NCBI RefSeq assembly: GCF_006345805.1
Contig: NC_042998.1
Coordinates: 97,588,001-97,652,000, forward strand
Direction: 5' to 3'
Origin: Octopus sinensis
Lineage: Eukaryota
DNA length: 64,000 nt
Shown piece after piece: positions 38,431-52,273 of the stretch. Below the pieces are notes generated by a model. That model worked only from the letters and a program-made list of their open reading frames with translations. It was not told where the DNA came from and did not search any database. Every line of letters starts with the position of its first letter. The first letter of the stretch is position 1. A program made the position numbers and the translations under genes.

Positions 38431-38990
38431 GAAGGTGGCAAGCTGGTAGAATCATTAGCACATCAGACAAACTGTTTAGTGGCATTTCATCTGTCCTTTA
38501 CATTCTGAGTTCAAATTCTGCAAAGGCTGACTTTGCCTTTCATCCTTTTGAGGTCGATAAAATAAGTACCAGTGAAACACTGGGGTCGATGTAATTGATT
38601 TAACCCTTCCCCAGAAATTGCTGACCATGTGCCAAAATTTGAACCCATTATTATTATTATTATTTAAAGTAGCAGATTGGCAGGATTAGTAGCATACTGG
38701 GCAAAATGCTTCATTGCATTTCATCCATCTTTACATTCTGAGTTCAAATTCTACTAAGGTCAACTTTGCCTTCCTTCCTTTCAGGGTCAATAAAATAAGT
38801 ACCAGTCAATATAATTAACTTCCCCTTCCCCTCAAAAAATGCTGGCTTTTCTTTTCCAAAATTTGAAACCATTACTATTATTATTATTGATTAATTCAGT
38901 AAGCTGGAAAAAGCGTTAGCATGCCAGGCAAAATGATTAGCAACATTCCATCCATCTTTGCATTTTGCGTTCAAATTCCACTGAAGATTG
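38431..38990 (+). mobile_element. Three head-to-tail tRNA-derived SINEs (family B) separated by (TTA)n
   Basis: Repeated ctggcagaatcattagc...ttctgagttcaaattc...gactttgcctttcatccttt..ggtcgataaaataagtaccag modules. Confidence 0.85.
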
Positions 38991-39065
38991 TGCAACTAAA
39001 AAACAATTTAAACAAGAAATGAGCAAAAAAAACAGAAAAAGCATGGAAAGAAAAGAAAATATACG

Positions 39066-39096
<31 letters not shown>

Positions 39097-40475
39097 TCAT
39101 CATCATCATCATTAATTATAATAATATTAATAATTGGATAATAATTATAATAAAGGTTGAAAATGTTAACATTTCATCTGAAAAATGGCAGCATTATGAT
39201 TTTATATTATTCTTTTATTCTTTTATTCTTTTACTTGTTTCAGTCATTTGACTGCAGCTATGCTGCAGCACCGACTTTGGTCGAACAAACTGACCTCAGG
39301 ACTTATTCTTTGCAAGCCTAGTACTTATTCTATTAGTGTATTTTGCCAAACCACTAAGTTACGGGTACGTAAACACACCAACATCAGTTGTCAAGTGATG
39401 TTGGGGGGACTACCACAGACACACAAACACACACACACACACACACACACACGCACGCACATACGACAGGCTTCTTTCAGTTTCCATTTACCAAATCCAC
39501 TCACAAGGCTTTGGTCAGCCCGAGGTTATATTAATATTAATTTTACATCTCATATTTATATATTCTTCTTCTGACATTTTTGCAATAAGATTTTCAGAAT
39601 TCTAGAAGTCAGCAAAAGGTTCCATGTAGAAACCCAATGCTTTATTTAAAGCAGAGGACGGTGGATATGTTTGAACACCCTAAATATAACCACCATATAA
39701 CCACTCCCTTAATCATCAGCATGATGTTGTTGATGATCAAGACACAAGTATACTTGTGTGGTAGGATGTTTACTTATCAACTGCATGGTTTCAGGTTCAG
39801 GCCCACTGCATGGTACCTTAGGCAAGTGTCTTCTATTATAGTCACAGGCCAACCAAAGTCTTATAAGATGAAAACTGAAAGAAGCTTGTTGGACTGAGAC
39901 AACTGGCAATATTCTGTACACCGGGCGAAATGCTTATCGGTATTTCGTCTGCCGTCATGTTCTAAGTTCAAATTCCACCAAGGTCGACTTTGCCTTTCAT
40001 CCTTTCGGGGTCAATTAAATAAGTACCAGTTACACACTGGGGTTGATATAATTGACTTAATCTGTTTGTCTGTCCTTGTTTGTCCCCTCTCTGTGTAGCC
40101 CCTTGTGGGCAGTAATGAAATAATTCTGTACTTGAGAAGACCCACTCAGCAAGATAAAATCCATGTCCATGATTCCCTCTCTCCCCCATAACCAACCAAC
40201 ATACAGTACTACAAGGCTCTCCACATATATGCAACAGAATATTTTCAATATAATAAAAGAAAAACACACTGTACATTCTGAAAAAACACCAACAGCTGTG
40301 TAACAACTATTTTTGCTTGTTATGATACAGGTTCAACATCTACTTGTAATGTTGTAACAATTTAATGTATAAATTAGTCTTACCATATATCTACCTCCAC
40401 TTTTAGATCTTTGACAATTACTTCAATCTGCTTCTATATTACTTTAACCAGGGTCCACATGACACTTGAGAGTCC

Positions 40476-40868
40476 ATATATAATTTCGTTGTTAAAAATT
40501 GGTTATACTTCTACACTACACAAAATATTTTAACAATTTTTTCATACAATATAGGTGTAGGAGTGGCTGTGTGATAAGTAGCTTGCTTATGAAGCACATG
40601 GTTCCGGGTTCAGTCCCACTGTGTGGCACTTGGGCAAGTGTCTTCTACTATAGCCTCGAGCCAACCAAAGCCTTGTGATGGCCCGAGGCTATAGTAGAAG
40701 ACACTTGCCCAAGGTGCCACACAGTGGGACTGAACCCGGAACCATGTGGTTCATAAGCAAGCTACTTACCACACAGCCACTCCTACACCTATATTGTATA
40801 AAAAAATTGTTAAAATATTTTGTGTAGTGTAGAAGTATAACCAAATTTTAACAACGAAATTTATATAT
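40476..40868. repeat. Near-perfect ~187-bp inverted duplication spanning a MITE/SINE junction
   Basis: Arms 40476-40662 and 40680-40868 with a 17-nt spacer. Confidence 0.95.
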
Positions 40869-40883
40869 AAAGTAACATATATA

Positions 40884-40936
<53 letters not shown>

Positions 40937-42623
40937 GTATATATATGTATGTATGTATGTATGTGTGTGTGTATATGTTTGTGTGTCTGTGTTTGTCCCC
41001 CAACATCATTTGACAACTGATCCTGATGTATTTATATCCCTGTAACTTAGTGGTTCAGCAAAAGAGACCGATAGAATAAGTACTAGGCTTACAAAGAATA
41101 AGGCCTGGAATCGATTTGTTCGACTAAAAGGTGGTGCTCCAGCATGGCCACAGTCAAATGACTGAAACAAGTAAAAGAGTAAAAAGAGTAAAAGGGTAAG
41201 AGTAATTCTTGATTATTTTTAATTATAAAAAGATATTGGAATCTTTTTAAACATTGAATAGCTATGGGGTTCCAGTAGAGTAAAATAGGAACCTAAGAGG
41301 TCCATAGGTAAAAAAATGGTTGAGAACCACTGCTTTAAAACAACCCTCATTCCTTTATTTTGCCAACTTTTGAAGTGTTCCTTTTGTTTAGAAACATGAA
41401 AAAAAATTTTAGATTTGATGCAAATGTCATTACAAATAGAAACTTTATTATCATCAAATAAAGAGACTGGAATGAATGGCACATCTGTTACAAGAAAAAC
41501 ATAAACCTTTAAGAAAAGGATTAAATAAATAAGTGCCTACCACTTTTCCTTTGTAACGAATTCTTTGACTTCACTAAAATAACAGGCAAGAAATAATGTT
41601 TAATGTTAAAAATAAAAAAAAAACTTCCTAAATCTAATGTTGTAAGATCAGTAGCTTGACTAGCTTCCAAAATTTTCTATTGCATTATACCAGTTATCTC
41701 ACAAGCTTTTTCACACAGTAGAACAGTAACATGTGATGCAAAAGAAAACTTTACAGAATAAATATCGGTACATTCTTTTACTCCTTAATTTAAATAGAAA
41801 ATATAATCTGACTTTTAAAGAAAGGATAAAAGAAACACATTTTCTTCTCTCTCTCTCTCTCTCTCTCTCTCATTGTTGATTTAAAGGTGATATTTCTGCC
41901 TTAGTATCTTTTATTTTTTTACTTGTTTTAGTCATTAGACAACACCATCTTGAAGAATTTAGTCAAACTGATCAGCCCCAGTACTTACTTTTTAAAATCT
42001 GGTCTCTTTTGCCAAACCAACTAAGTTATAGGGGCATAAACAAACCATCACCTGCTCTCAAGCACTGAGGGATAAATACAGAGAGAGACATATGCACACA
42101 CACATGCATGTACATGTACATATCATCATCATCATCATCATTGTTTTACTGTCAACTTTTCCATGCTTGCATGGGTCAGACAGAATTTGTTGAGGCAAGT
42201 TTTCTACATTTATAGATCCTTTCTGTCACTAACCCTCATCTGTTTCCAAGCACTTAATATTTCCCCATAACCAGACATATTTTTCAATAAAAAACTGGAA
42301 ATGAATGACACCACTTGTATGGTGGTGATGCTCACATACAACTACCACATAATGTCAGCACAACTGTACACATACACACAGGAATGCACACACACACACA
42401 CACACATACAACAGTCTTCTATCAGTTTCTGTCTAGCAATTCACTAACAAGGCTTTAGTCAGCCCACAGCAATCATAAAAGACACTTGCACAAAATTCCA
42501 CACAATGGGACTGATCCCAAGACCATATGGGTGGGAAGCAAGCTTCTTAACCACATGCCCATGCCTGTGCCTCATACAGTTATTCCTGCATTGTATAAAT
42601 ATGATGGATGGATGGATGGATGG

Positions 42624-42656
<33 letters not shown>

Positions 42657-42788
42657 CGGATGGACGGACGGACGGACGAACGGACGGACGGATGGACGGA
42701 CGGACCGATATATATTATACACACACACACACACATATATTCTTTTATTATTTTATATATTCCAGCCCAAAGGCTGTGGCTATGCTGA

Positions 42789-42822
<34 letters not shown>

Positions 42823-43560
42823 CAAAACTTACACACAGTTACTATTCACCAAATTCACTCACAAAGCATTGGTCAACCCAGGGCTGTAGTAGAAGATATT
42901 TGCCCATAGTGCCTCACAGTGAGATTGAACCTGAAATCTTGTGGTTGCAAAGTAAACTTCTCAATCACACAGCCATGCCTATACCTTTCTTAAAAATAAT
43001 TCAACAAAACTTTATTAATTCATGTCATAACACAAAATTTACATTCTCCAAATCAAGAACACCCAAGTGGTTACAATTTTATGACTTGCGATCTTAGTGT
43101 TTTGATGAAAGTCTCTATGCTTTCTGAATCCTATAACCATTTCTATCCATAAATCATGCAATTCGATCTATCTGCTGTTTGATATTAGGTATCATGAGAT
43201 TCTTTAATTCAATATTTGAAATTGGATGTCATTTCTTATAAAGTTTCTATTCTTCCTCTAAATCCATATTCAGGAAATTGTCTTGAGGTATGAAAAGGAA
43301 TACTAACTGTTACATCTTATGTATCTCAGGATATATTAATGAAAAAGGCTTTGTACAATATTTACGTTTTCAAGTCTAAGGCAAACCCTGAAAGTTCTTT
43401 ATTTTAATAAGATAAATAATTTCTTTTCTAATTAAAATTCACCTTCCTAAAATTTGTTTTAATAAATGGAACGTTATGAACTCATAGTCATCATAAAGGA
43501 AAAGTTGTTTACCTGTGATAAAACGCAACAGCAGTTAGTATATTTACATTAAAATCTACA

Positions 43561-43758
43561 TTATTTACAATGGACAGATAGGTGTCCTCACCTTCTTTGT
43601 TGTTACCACAACATTTTGGCTGATGTACTTTCCAGCCTTCATCAGGTATTCTGGTGGAATTTCGAACCCAACCCTGATGAAGGCTGGAGAGTACATCAGC
43701 CAAAACATTGTGGTAACAACAAACAGGGTGAGGGCACCTATCTATCCATTGTAAATAA
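43561..43758. repeat. Fold-back of two Penelope pLTR pieces, each with a decayed hammerhead motif
   Basis: Arms 43561-43646 and 43673-43758; each reads CTGATGA-a-ggctg..cagcc-AAAA(c/t). The flank matches the pLTR at 25430-25490. Confidence 0.85.
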
Positions 43759-44189
43759 CGAACATAATTCCTCATCTCAAAAATATAGAAGAGTACACTA
43801 AAATCTGCCAGAACTTACTGGTTGCAAATTTTGGCACAAAGCCAGTGATTTCTTGAGAGGGGGTAAGTTGATTACATCACCCTCAGGGCTCAATTGCTGC
43901 TTATTTTACTCACACCGAAAGGATGAAAGGTAAAATCAACCTTTGCGGTACTTGAACTCAGAATGTAAAGTTGGAAAAAATGCTGCTATGCATTTTGTCT
44001 GATGTAACAATTTTGCAAGTTTGCCGCCTAAATCTACCAGAACATATTAAGAATGATTATACCACCCACATGGTTCCAGGTTCAGTTCCACTGTGTGGCT
44101 CCTTGAGCAAGTGTCTTTTACTATAACCTCAGGCAGATCAAAGCCTTGTGAGTGGATTTGGTAGACGGAAACTGAAAGAAGCCAATTGC

Positions 44190-44282
<93 letters not shown>

Positions 44283-44287
44283 TGTAT

Positions 44288-44388
<101 letters not shown>

Positions 44389-44484
44389 TCTCAACAATTG
44401 AGGGTAAAATTAATTAATTATTAATCAATTTCACCAAGTATTCAGTATGTAAAGGGACCATTTAAGGCGAATTCAAAATATTAC

Positions 44485-44916
44485 ATTATATAAAAGGGCT
44501 TAGTAAAATAAATTACTTTGCCACATACTGAACTCATTAGAAATAGCAGCTAAAAAAAAAAATTTTTTTCAGCTATTTCTAATACTTAAAGAAAATCTCT
44601 CTCAGATAGTGTTTGCTCAAACCAACTCACGAAGGTATGGGGGTAAAAGCATTAAAAAAATCACAAGTGCAAAGGTTATTTGAGAACGTACGTTTCTAGA
44701 TTAGTCAAATCGACATTTCTTTCGTCAGCTCAGAACTCCTTGATTCGGATTTGGGAACACTGAAAGTGGGAGCATACCCTTTTGGCTTCTTATCACCTCC
44801 TGAGATCTGCTTTCTTTAAGTATTAGAAATAGCTGAAAAAATTTTTTTTAGCTGCTATTTCTAATGAGTTCAGTATGTGGCAAAGTAATTTATTTTACTA
44901 AGCCCTTTTATATAAT
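44485..44916. repeat. Fold-back element with ~120-bp near-identical inverted arms
   Basis: attatataaaagggcttagtaaaataaattactttgcc... at 44485-44605 is mirrored at 44800-44916; each arm has an internal ttagaaatagc/gctatttctaa hairpin. Confidence 0.9.
44681..44732 (-). ncRNA. Minimal type I hammerhead ribozyme motif with palindromic stem III, core intact
   Basis: Minus strand: tgag-CTGACGA-a-aga-aat-gtc-gattt-gac-taa-tct-a-GAA-acg-ta-cgt-T-ctca. Confidence 0.65.
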
Positions 44917-45439
44917 ATATATATATATATATAACATACACATTAAGTACAGGATATCACCAACATGCAAAACACATGTAAGCACACAAGAGATAAGTAC
45001 AGGACAAAATACCAAAAGAAGTCTAACTCCTCCTCAGTTGTTGACTGTTTATTACTCCTTATTTTGAGCTTTCAACGACAAAATAGGAAAACTTCATAAG
45101 ACAGCAGCATCCAGAAATTTTTTAAATATAAAATTTGTGGAGAGTTAGGGCTTTGAATGAAAAAACAGCAACAGAGTGGACAATCGACAAAGACAAATAT
45201 TAAGGGCCGTTAGGCCAAGATGCATTGTAATAGCTAATGCCTGGGAGAAATTTTTAAAGGAAAAAGACTAAATAGAAGAGAAGAAAATAGCAGGAAAGAA
45301 GTGTCAGGAGGTGAGAGAAATGGCCTGTAATCACATGTAAGCAAGCAGGCAGAGGGGAAGGGGGCAAGAGGGGAGATGAGGGAAAGAAACAAAGGGAGTG
45401 AGGAAAAGGGAGAAGGAATACAAGATAGTAAGGAGTGGA

Positions 45440-45489
<50 letters not shown>

Positions 45490-45739
45490 ATATGTTTGTG
45501 TGTCTGTGTTTGTCCCCCCCACCCTCGCTTGACAACCCAATGTTGGTGTGTTTACATCCCCATAACTTGGCAGTTCGGCAAAAGACACTGATAGAATAAG
45601 TACTAGGCTAACAAAGAATAAATCCTGTGGTCAATTTATTCGACTAAAGACGGTGCTCCAGCATGACTGCAGTCAAAATGACTGAAACAAATAAAAGAAT
45701 AAGTCATTGTAAAATTTATTTGCCATTCGTTAATCAAAG

Positions 45740-45991
45740 CACTGGTTCTCAAGCAGGGTCCATATGACTCTTGGGGGTCCATATAAGATTTTGTTGCTAA
45801 AATTTATCTGCAATAAATTGGTTATACTTCTATATTACACGAAATATTAAAATGTTTTATTCAATTCATAATAATATTTAATTATAAAAATTGTATTAAG
45901 ATTTTTATGAACATCAAATGGCTATGTGGGACCACCTGAGTAAAATAGGAATCAAAGGGATCAACAGGCAAAAAATTATTGGAAACCACTG
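45740..45991. mobile_element. hAT-type MITE
   Basis: TIRs cactggttctcaa / ttggaaaccactg; related pieces at 22953-23170, 40448-40553 and 41230-41335. Confidence 0.7.
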
Positions 45992-46985
45992 AATTAGAGC
46001 ATCAATGACTAGATAAATTACTTCCTAAAAATTCAGAAAAATTTATTGTCTATCATGAAGTGAAACAAATGTGTTACAGACAGTGGCATAGCTAGGGTAA
46101 ACTGTGCCTGGGGCAAGCTGCAAAAAGCCACCACCCCACCACTTCAATTACAAAATCCATGATATTTTATAGTACTTATTTCTTACAAGTAATTAATGTT
46201 TTAGAGCAAGATTTTAGGAATAAATACTTTACCAGGGTTCATTTACCTACCAGTTCAGTGCAGCTTGTAATTCAAAATATATTTTTATAATGTTTACTTT
46301 TATGAAACCTCCTTATTTCAACCATTTAATGTGCTAGCTTCACCATTGAAACATTTAAAAACCTAATGTGTGAAATGAGATGTAATAAAAAAAATACAAT
46401 TGTTAAAGTCTCATCATTCTTGCTTTTGATGAGGCGTAACTTACAGACATCTCTTATTATAACATCGTTATTACCATTAAAGGGAAATGTTTTGTCAATT
46501 TTTTTTTCTTCAAGATTTAGGATTCATAAGGATAGTTACCCCATTTCCATAGTGCATAAGTAACTAATATCACAACATGCTCCCTGCACAGAACACCAGC
46601 CTGTTGCAAGGCACAGGGCCAGCAATTTTGAATGGAGTGGGAAAAGTTGATTAAATTGACCCCAGTATTTGACTGACACTTTATTTTATTGACCCTTAAA
46701 GGATGAAAGGCAAAGATGACTTCAGCAAGATATGAACTCAGAATATACTTTTCTACTCTAGGCACAAGGCCTGAAATTTTGGATGAGGGGGCCAGTCAAT
46801 TAGATTGACTGGTACTTAATTTATCAACCTTGAAAGGATGAAAGGCAAAGTCAACCTTGGCAGAATTTAAACTCAGAACATAAAGACAGACGAAATACCG
46901 CTAAGCATTTAGCCCAGCATGCTAACATTTCTGCCAACTCGCTGCCTTATGAACTCAGAATATAAAGAAACAGAAATGTTGTTAA

Positions 46986-47209
46986 CCCTTTTGTTACCAT
47001 ATTTCATTGGAGATGCTCTGTGTTTCTTTCAATTAATTTTAAATACAACAAAGAATTTAGTAAAATAAGCTAGTTATCATTAAGCTAATGTTAGGAACAT
47101 ATTTTTATGACTAAGGTTTGGTGGAAGATTTTTAATTCAGAACTTATGAAAACGAAATATTTGTACTACAGAGCCAAAGGCGGTTTCAGCTGGGTTGGTA
47201 TCAAAAGGG
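46986..47209. mobile_element. piggyBac-type MITE with TTAA TSD, inserted in a family B SINE
   Basis: TTAA-cccttttgttacca ... tggtatcaaaaggg-TTAA (13/14 TIR match); the flanks rejoin as SINE sequence. Confidence 0.85.
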
Positions 47210-47965
47210 TTAAGCATTTTGTCCCGTGCGCTAACAATTCTGCCACCTACAAATACACATACACCTACAAATGTTACATACATGACATTTAATAATTACA
47301 CTGATTTTTAAAAAAATCTTATTTGCTGTTGTGTATATGAAACTTTACCACAAGTTTTTCGGTTATTTTTTCTCAGGATCCTGTCTTTGATTTTTCATTG
47401 GTTTCAGTTTGATTCATCAAAAGTTATTCATGTGTTTAAGAATAACAGAAGAAAACATGATATACTCTGATATTTCTCCTCTTATAAACACCATTCAGAT
47501 CCAAGATTCTTTGTATACTAACATTAATAATAATAATGACAAAAATAATAATAATTCTTTTCAGTTTTGGCACAAGCCCAGCAATTTTGAGTGGGTAGTC
47601 AATTACATCAATCTCAGTGCTTGAACGGTGCTTATTTTATCAATCCATAAAGGATGAAAGGCAAAGTTGACCTCAACAGTATTTGAACTCAGAATGTAGA
47701 GTCAGCAGAAATGCTGCTAAACATTTTTCTTAGTATGCTAATGATTCTTGCAGCTTACTAATAATAATAATTGTTTCTAATTTTAGGTACAATGCCAGTA
47801 GCAGCAATAACAATAATAATAATAATAACAATAATAATAATAATAATATAATAATAATAATAATAATAATAATAGCAGCTATAATAATAATGATGATAAT
47901 GATGATGATTTCAAATTTTGGCACAAGGCCAGCAATTTCAGGGGCAGGAGTAAATCAATTACATC

Positions 47966-48303
47966 AGCTATCCTCATCCATTCTCGCCACATGACCATAC
48001 CAGCGCAGTTGTCTCTCTTGCACACTACATCTGATGCTTCTTAGATCCAACTTTTCTCTCAAGGTACTTACACTCTGTCGAGTATGCACACTGATATTAT
48101 ACATCTATTGGAGCATACTGGCTTCATTCCTTGCAAGCTTACACATGTCCTCAGCAGTCACAGCCCATGTTTCACTGCCATGTAGCATGGCTGTTCGTAC
48201 ACATGCGTTATACAGTCTACCTTTTACTCTGAGCAAGAGGCCCTTTGTCACCAGCAGAGGTAAGAGCTCTCTGAACTTTGCCCAGGCTATTCTTATTCTA
48301 GCA
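47966..48303 (-). mobile_element. RTE LINE fragment (post-RT region)
   Basis: ARIRIAWAKFRELLPLL, KGRLYNACVRTAMLHGSETW, RNEASML, LRWYGHVARMDEDS. Confidence 0.9.
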
Positions 48304-49064
48304 TATAATAATAATGAGCTTATTATATATGGTGCATAGTTATAGTTCTTTGTATAAAATAAAGAAAAAATTTTTTCCTGCAAAATGGGACATTTTTTGT
48401 TCAGTGTTTTCACACCTTAGTTATACTGCAGTACCTCTCTTTGGTTTTCCTCCTCTGATTAGATTTTTCTTCTCTTCTACCCTTTAGTGGGGATCCCATT
48501 TCCCCTGTTTAAGTTCTTTTATGAATAAGCTAAGAATATTGAACCAGCCAATGATAGTTCTTTCGGAAACTTTTACAGTGGTCATTGCTTACCCCTGCAA
48601 AACACAATATATGCAACAAGTGGAGGATGCTACACTGAAACTGACTTGACCACCCCATACCAGCATGGAAAAGCAAATATAAACAAAAAAAAAAATGATG
48701 ACTTTGGTTGATAGAGCCATGAAATTTTCTTGTGGAACTTTACTTGTATAGTGTTACACCTTTCAAGTGTTGGGCCTCACAGAGGCAATGTCAAATGACC
48801 AAGACCTTTGGCATTATGCCATGCTTGAGTAGAAGACCCATCAAGCCAAGTGAACTTGTAGTCGTGGCAGATACTGGTGTCATGCAGATGGCACCCATGC
48901 CGGTAGCACATTAAAGCACCCATTACACTCTTGGAGTGGTTTGCGTTAGGAAGGGCATCCAGCTGTAGAAACCCTGCCAAATCAAACTAGAGTCTGGTAC
49001 AGCCTTCTAGCCTGCCAGCCCTGGTTAAACCATCCAACCCATGCCAACATGGACAACAGATGTT

Positions 49065-49065
49065 A

Positions 49066-49144
<79 letters not shown>

Positions 49145-49240
49145 ATGCTGATGATGATGATGAGGAGGAGGAGGAGGAGGAGGAGGAGGACGACGACGAC
49201 GACGACGACGATGACGATGACAACAATGATGATGATGATT
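49065..49240. repeat. Compound trinucleotide tract (GAT)(GGT)(GCT)(GAG)(GAC), the expanded tail of a family C element
   Basis: Follows the family C core at 48860-49065 directly. Confidence 0.9.
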
Positions 49241-49504
49241 AGTTTCTTGTGTATGTTCAGAGCCTCTAAAACTTCAGGTTCCATTCAATTGCCATCAATT
49301 CTTTTGCCTGTTATCTGATATCATTAGCTGAAAAGAAGTTAGTGTTGATAGGGACTTTTATTAATCTAGGGAGCCTCATTAACCAAACAGGGAACCTCTC
49401 TGGAGATGTAGATCTAAGGGATGACCATTAAGTGTGCAAGATTTCATCAATTATGCAAAAATCTAGAAAACTGGTGGGGAAAGGGATTTAAAATGAGATT
49501 ATCT

Positions 49505-49734
49505 TGTATCTTTTACTTCCTTCAGTCACTGAACTGCAGCCATGCTGGAGCACTACCTTGAAGGTTTTAGTCGAACAGATTGACCCCCAGTGCATAATTC
49601 TCAGTTTGGTACTTATCCTATTGGTGTCTTTTGTAGACCTACAAAGTTATGGGGATGTAAACAAACCAACACCATTTGTCAAATGATGATGGGGGACAAG
49701 CACAAAGAGTCACACTCATACACACATATGTGTA

Positions 49735-49765
<31 letters not shown>

Positions 49766-49930
49766 ATTTACATCCGGCTTCCTCACAGTTTCCATCAACT
49801 AATTTCATTCACAAGGCATTTGTTAGCCTAGGGATATAGTAGACAATACTTTCCCAAGTACCTTGCAGTGGGACTGAACCCAAACCCACGTAGTTGCAAA
49901 GTAAGCTTCTTAGACACACAGCCATGCCTG
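49505..49930 (-). mobile_element. Family A-like SINE, diverged
   Basis: Same module order as other family A copies. Confidence 0.75.
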
Positions 49931-52230
49931 TGGCTAGTCATGATAAAGATACATTGCTTTTAAAAAAATTACTCTTCAATATTTAGTAGGGATTGAAAGA
50001 CTGGGTAAAAAAATGCACCCCAAAAGAAAGAAGTTATATACTTTATTATAGATGTCTTTGAAAAAGTTTCATGTGTCACATAGTTATTTCCAATGAAATG
50101 AAGATATAAACCAATCAAAATTAGAACCTTTAGCAATGTAAAAATTTCATTTCTTCTTGTTAGGCCTGGCAGCAAAACTTCTACCAACAAAACTTGAACA
50201 CCAAATCTTACAATGGAACCCCAGATACAGAGTTTGCAAGAATATCTGACAAGGAATTGATGCCAGTCAATGGAGAAGAATCACAATGTAGAATATAGAT
50301 GTAATGAGATTTTTATGATGCGATGAATATTATGACTGACAGAAATGTCTGGAGTACTTTGCTTGTTTTATACAATTCAGCTACTTCGACATATTTCTGA
50401 AATAATATACTTTAGAGGAATTAATGATTTACTTTAGTAAATTACCGAAATCATTGACCAAGCTTTGCGAAAGACAACCCCTTTTTATTGCTTATTGTGG
50501 GAATGCTTTTGAAGATCTTATTAGCAACAAAAACTCTAATAAGCTATGATATGCACTAGTAACCGGCGAAAAGTATGTCAAAAGCCAAGAATATCATATC
50601 AGTGCTATGGGATGTGAGTCATAGTGTGGTATATCAAGAAGCAATCAGAAGTAAAAATGCTGGTAGTATCAACAGAAATAGTAAAACATCGACACCAAAA
50701 TATTTTTATGTTCATGCATGATTAACTAGCAACTCGTTAGAAATAATAAGTATTTAGCTACAAATATACACATAACAGTACCAATAACTCAGATTACATA
50801 TATGTTTGTTTGCATTGGTATTCTAGAATACTGCAAGATTAGATCCAGTTTGTAGTTTGTTTAGGAGCAATAAACACCAATATGAAATGTACTCATACAG
50901 ATTAATGTTGGATTACCACAGTATTGGATTAAATTTACCTAACCCACTGATATTGAATTTTTGAGAATTTTTTCTCTTCTTTAACTTGATTGAAAGTAGT
51001 CTTAATGAGAATTAGTATTAGCAATCTTAGACTTTCTCTGGAAATTTTTTCATATTAACCTGATTGTGAACATCACCTCCTCAGGAGCATGGTAAGTTAT
51101 ATTTTACATTTTCATCTAAAAGCAGTAATTCTTGTAATGAAAGACAATGTCCCAGTACAAAACCTGTGAGACCCTTCATCATTACACTTCTTTCGAATTA
51201 TTTTTTTTAGTTACTTCTTTCAAGTTATTTATTGTGAATTGAAAGCGGTGAAAATATATAGCAAGTTGTGTCTGTGATTGTTTCATATTTCATTTCTCAG
51301 TAAGAAAAGTTTTACTTACTTCTCAAAATCTCTTAAGAAAAGGTATAAACTTCCCAGCAATTCATTTCCTAAGTTTATGCATAAAATCTTTATTTCATAT
51401 ATTAACAATCCCTTCTGTGCAACAAGTGGATGATATTTATTGGAACTGACATTGATTTACAAATCTCTGTCTATTTTATACACAGTAGTAATAACTGGAG
51501 GAAAGGAGACTTATATCTGTGATTGGAACCAATATTAAACTCCAATGTATAAACTTGCCAATGTATATCCTAAAAACTAAGTGAAAAGTCCTCTGTCCAC
51601 TGCATTTCGGTGTACCCCAGCCAGTGATGACTTCTTCACCTAGTAATTAATTTCTATTGCATAATATAATTTGTACACATACGCACAAACACACACACAC
51701 ACACATACACACACACGATGTTTTCAAGCAGCTGAATTCTGTTTAATGAAATATGGTAAATATTTCCGATAGACCAATGGTAGGTTAAAATGCAATGCCA
51801 AAGCCAACAGGCAGAATTTCATTAATCAATGAAATTAATTACTGCTCAGTGTGTTATCATCTGTGCAACCCTTGCAGACCTAATAATAGTATCTAAATAA
51901 TTTCAAATAGGTCTGGCTCCCCATCAGTTACAAGTGTTCCAGTTGGTTGGATCACTGGAACAGCCTGCTGGTGAAATTATCATGCAAGTGGCTGAGCACT
52001 CCCCAGACACTTGTACCTTTAACATTGTTATCAGGGAGTTTCAGCACGATACAGAGTGTAATCAGTTCGACGCTTTGCACAACAGGTAGAACTCATTTTT
52101 ACCAGCTGAGTGAATTGGGGCAATGTGAAATAAAGGGTCTTGCTCAAGAATGCAATGTGCCACTGGGAATCAACCTCATGACCTTACAATTAGGAGCAGA
52201 ATACCCTAACCACTAAGCCATGTGCTTCTT

Positions 52231-52273
<43 letters not shown>

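Noticed and set aside
45012-45045. CTGAGGA-ggag-ttaga-cttc on the minus strand
   Set aside because: Stem II is present but GAAA, stem III and the stem I partner are missing; counted only as a possible half motif
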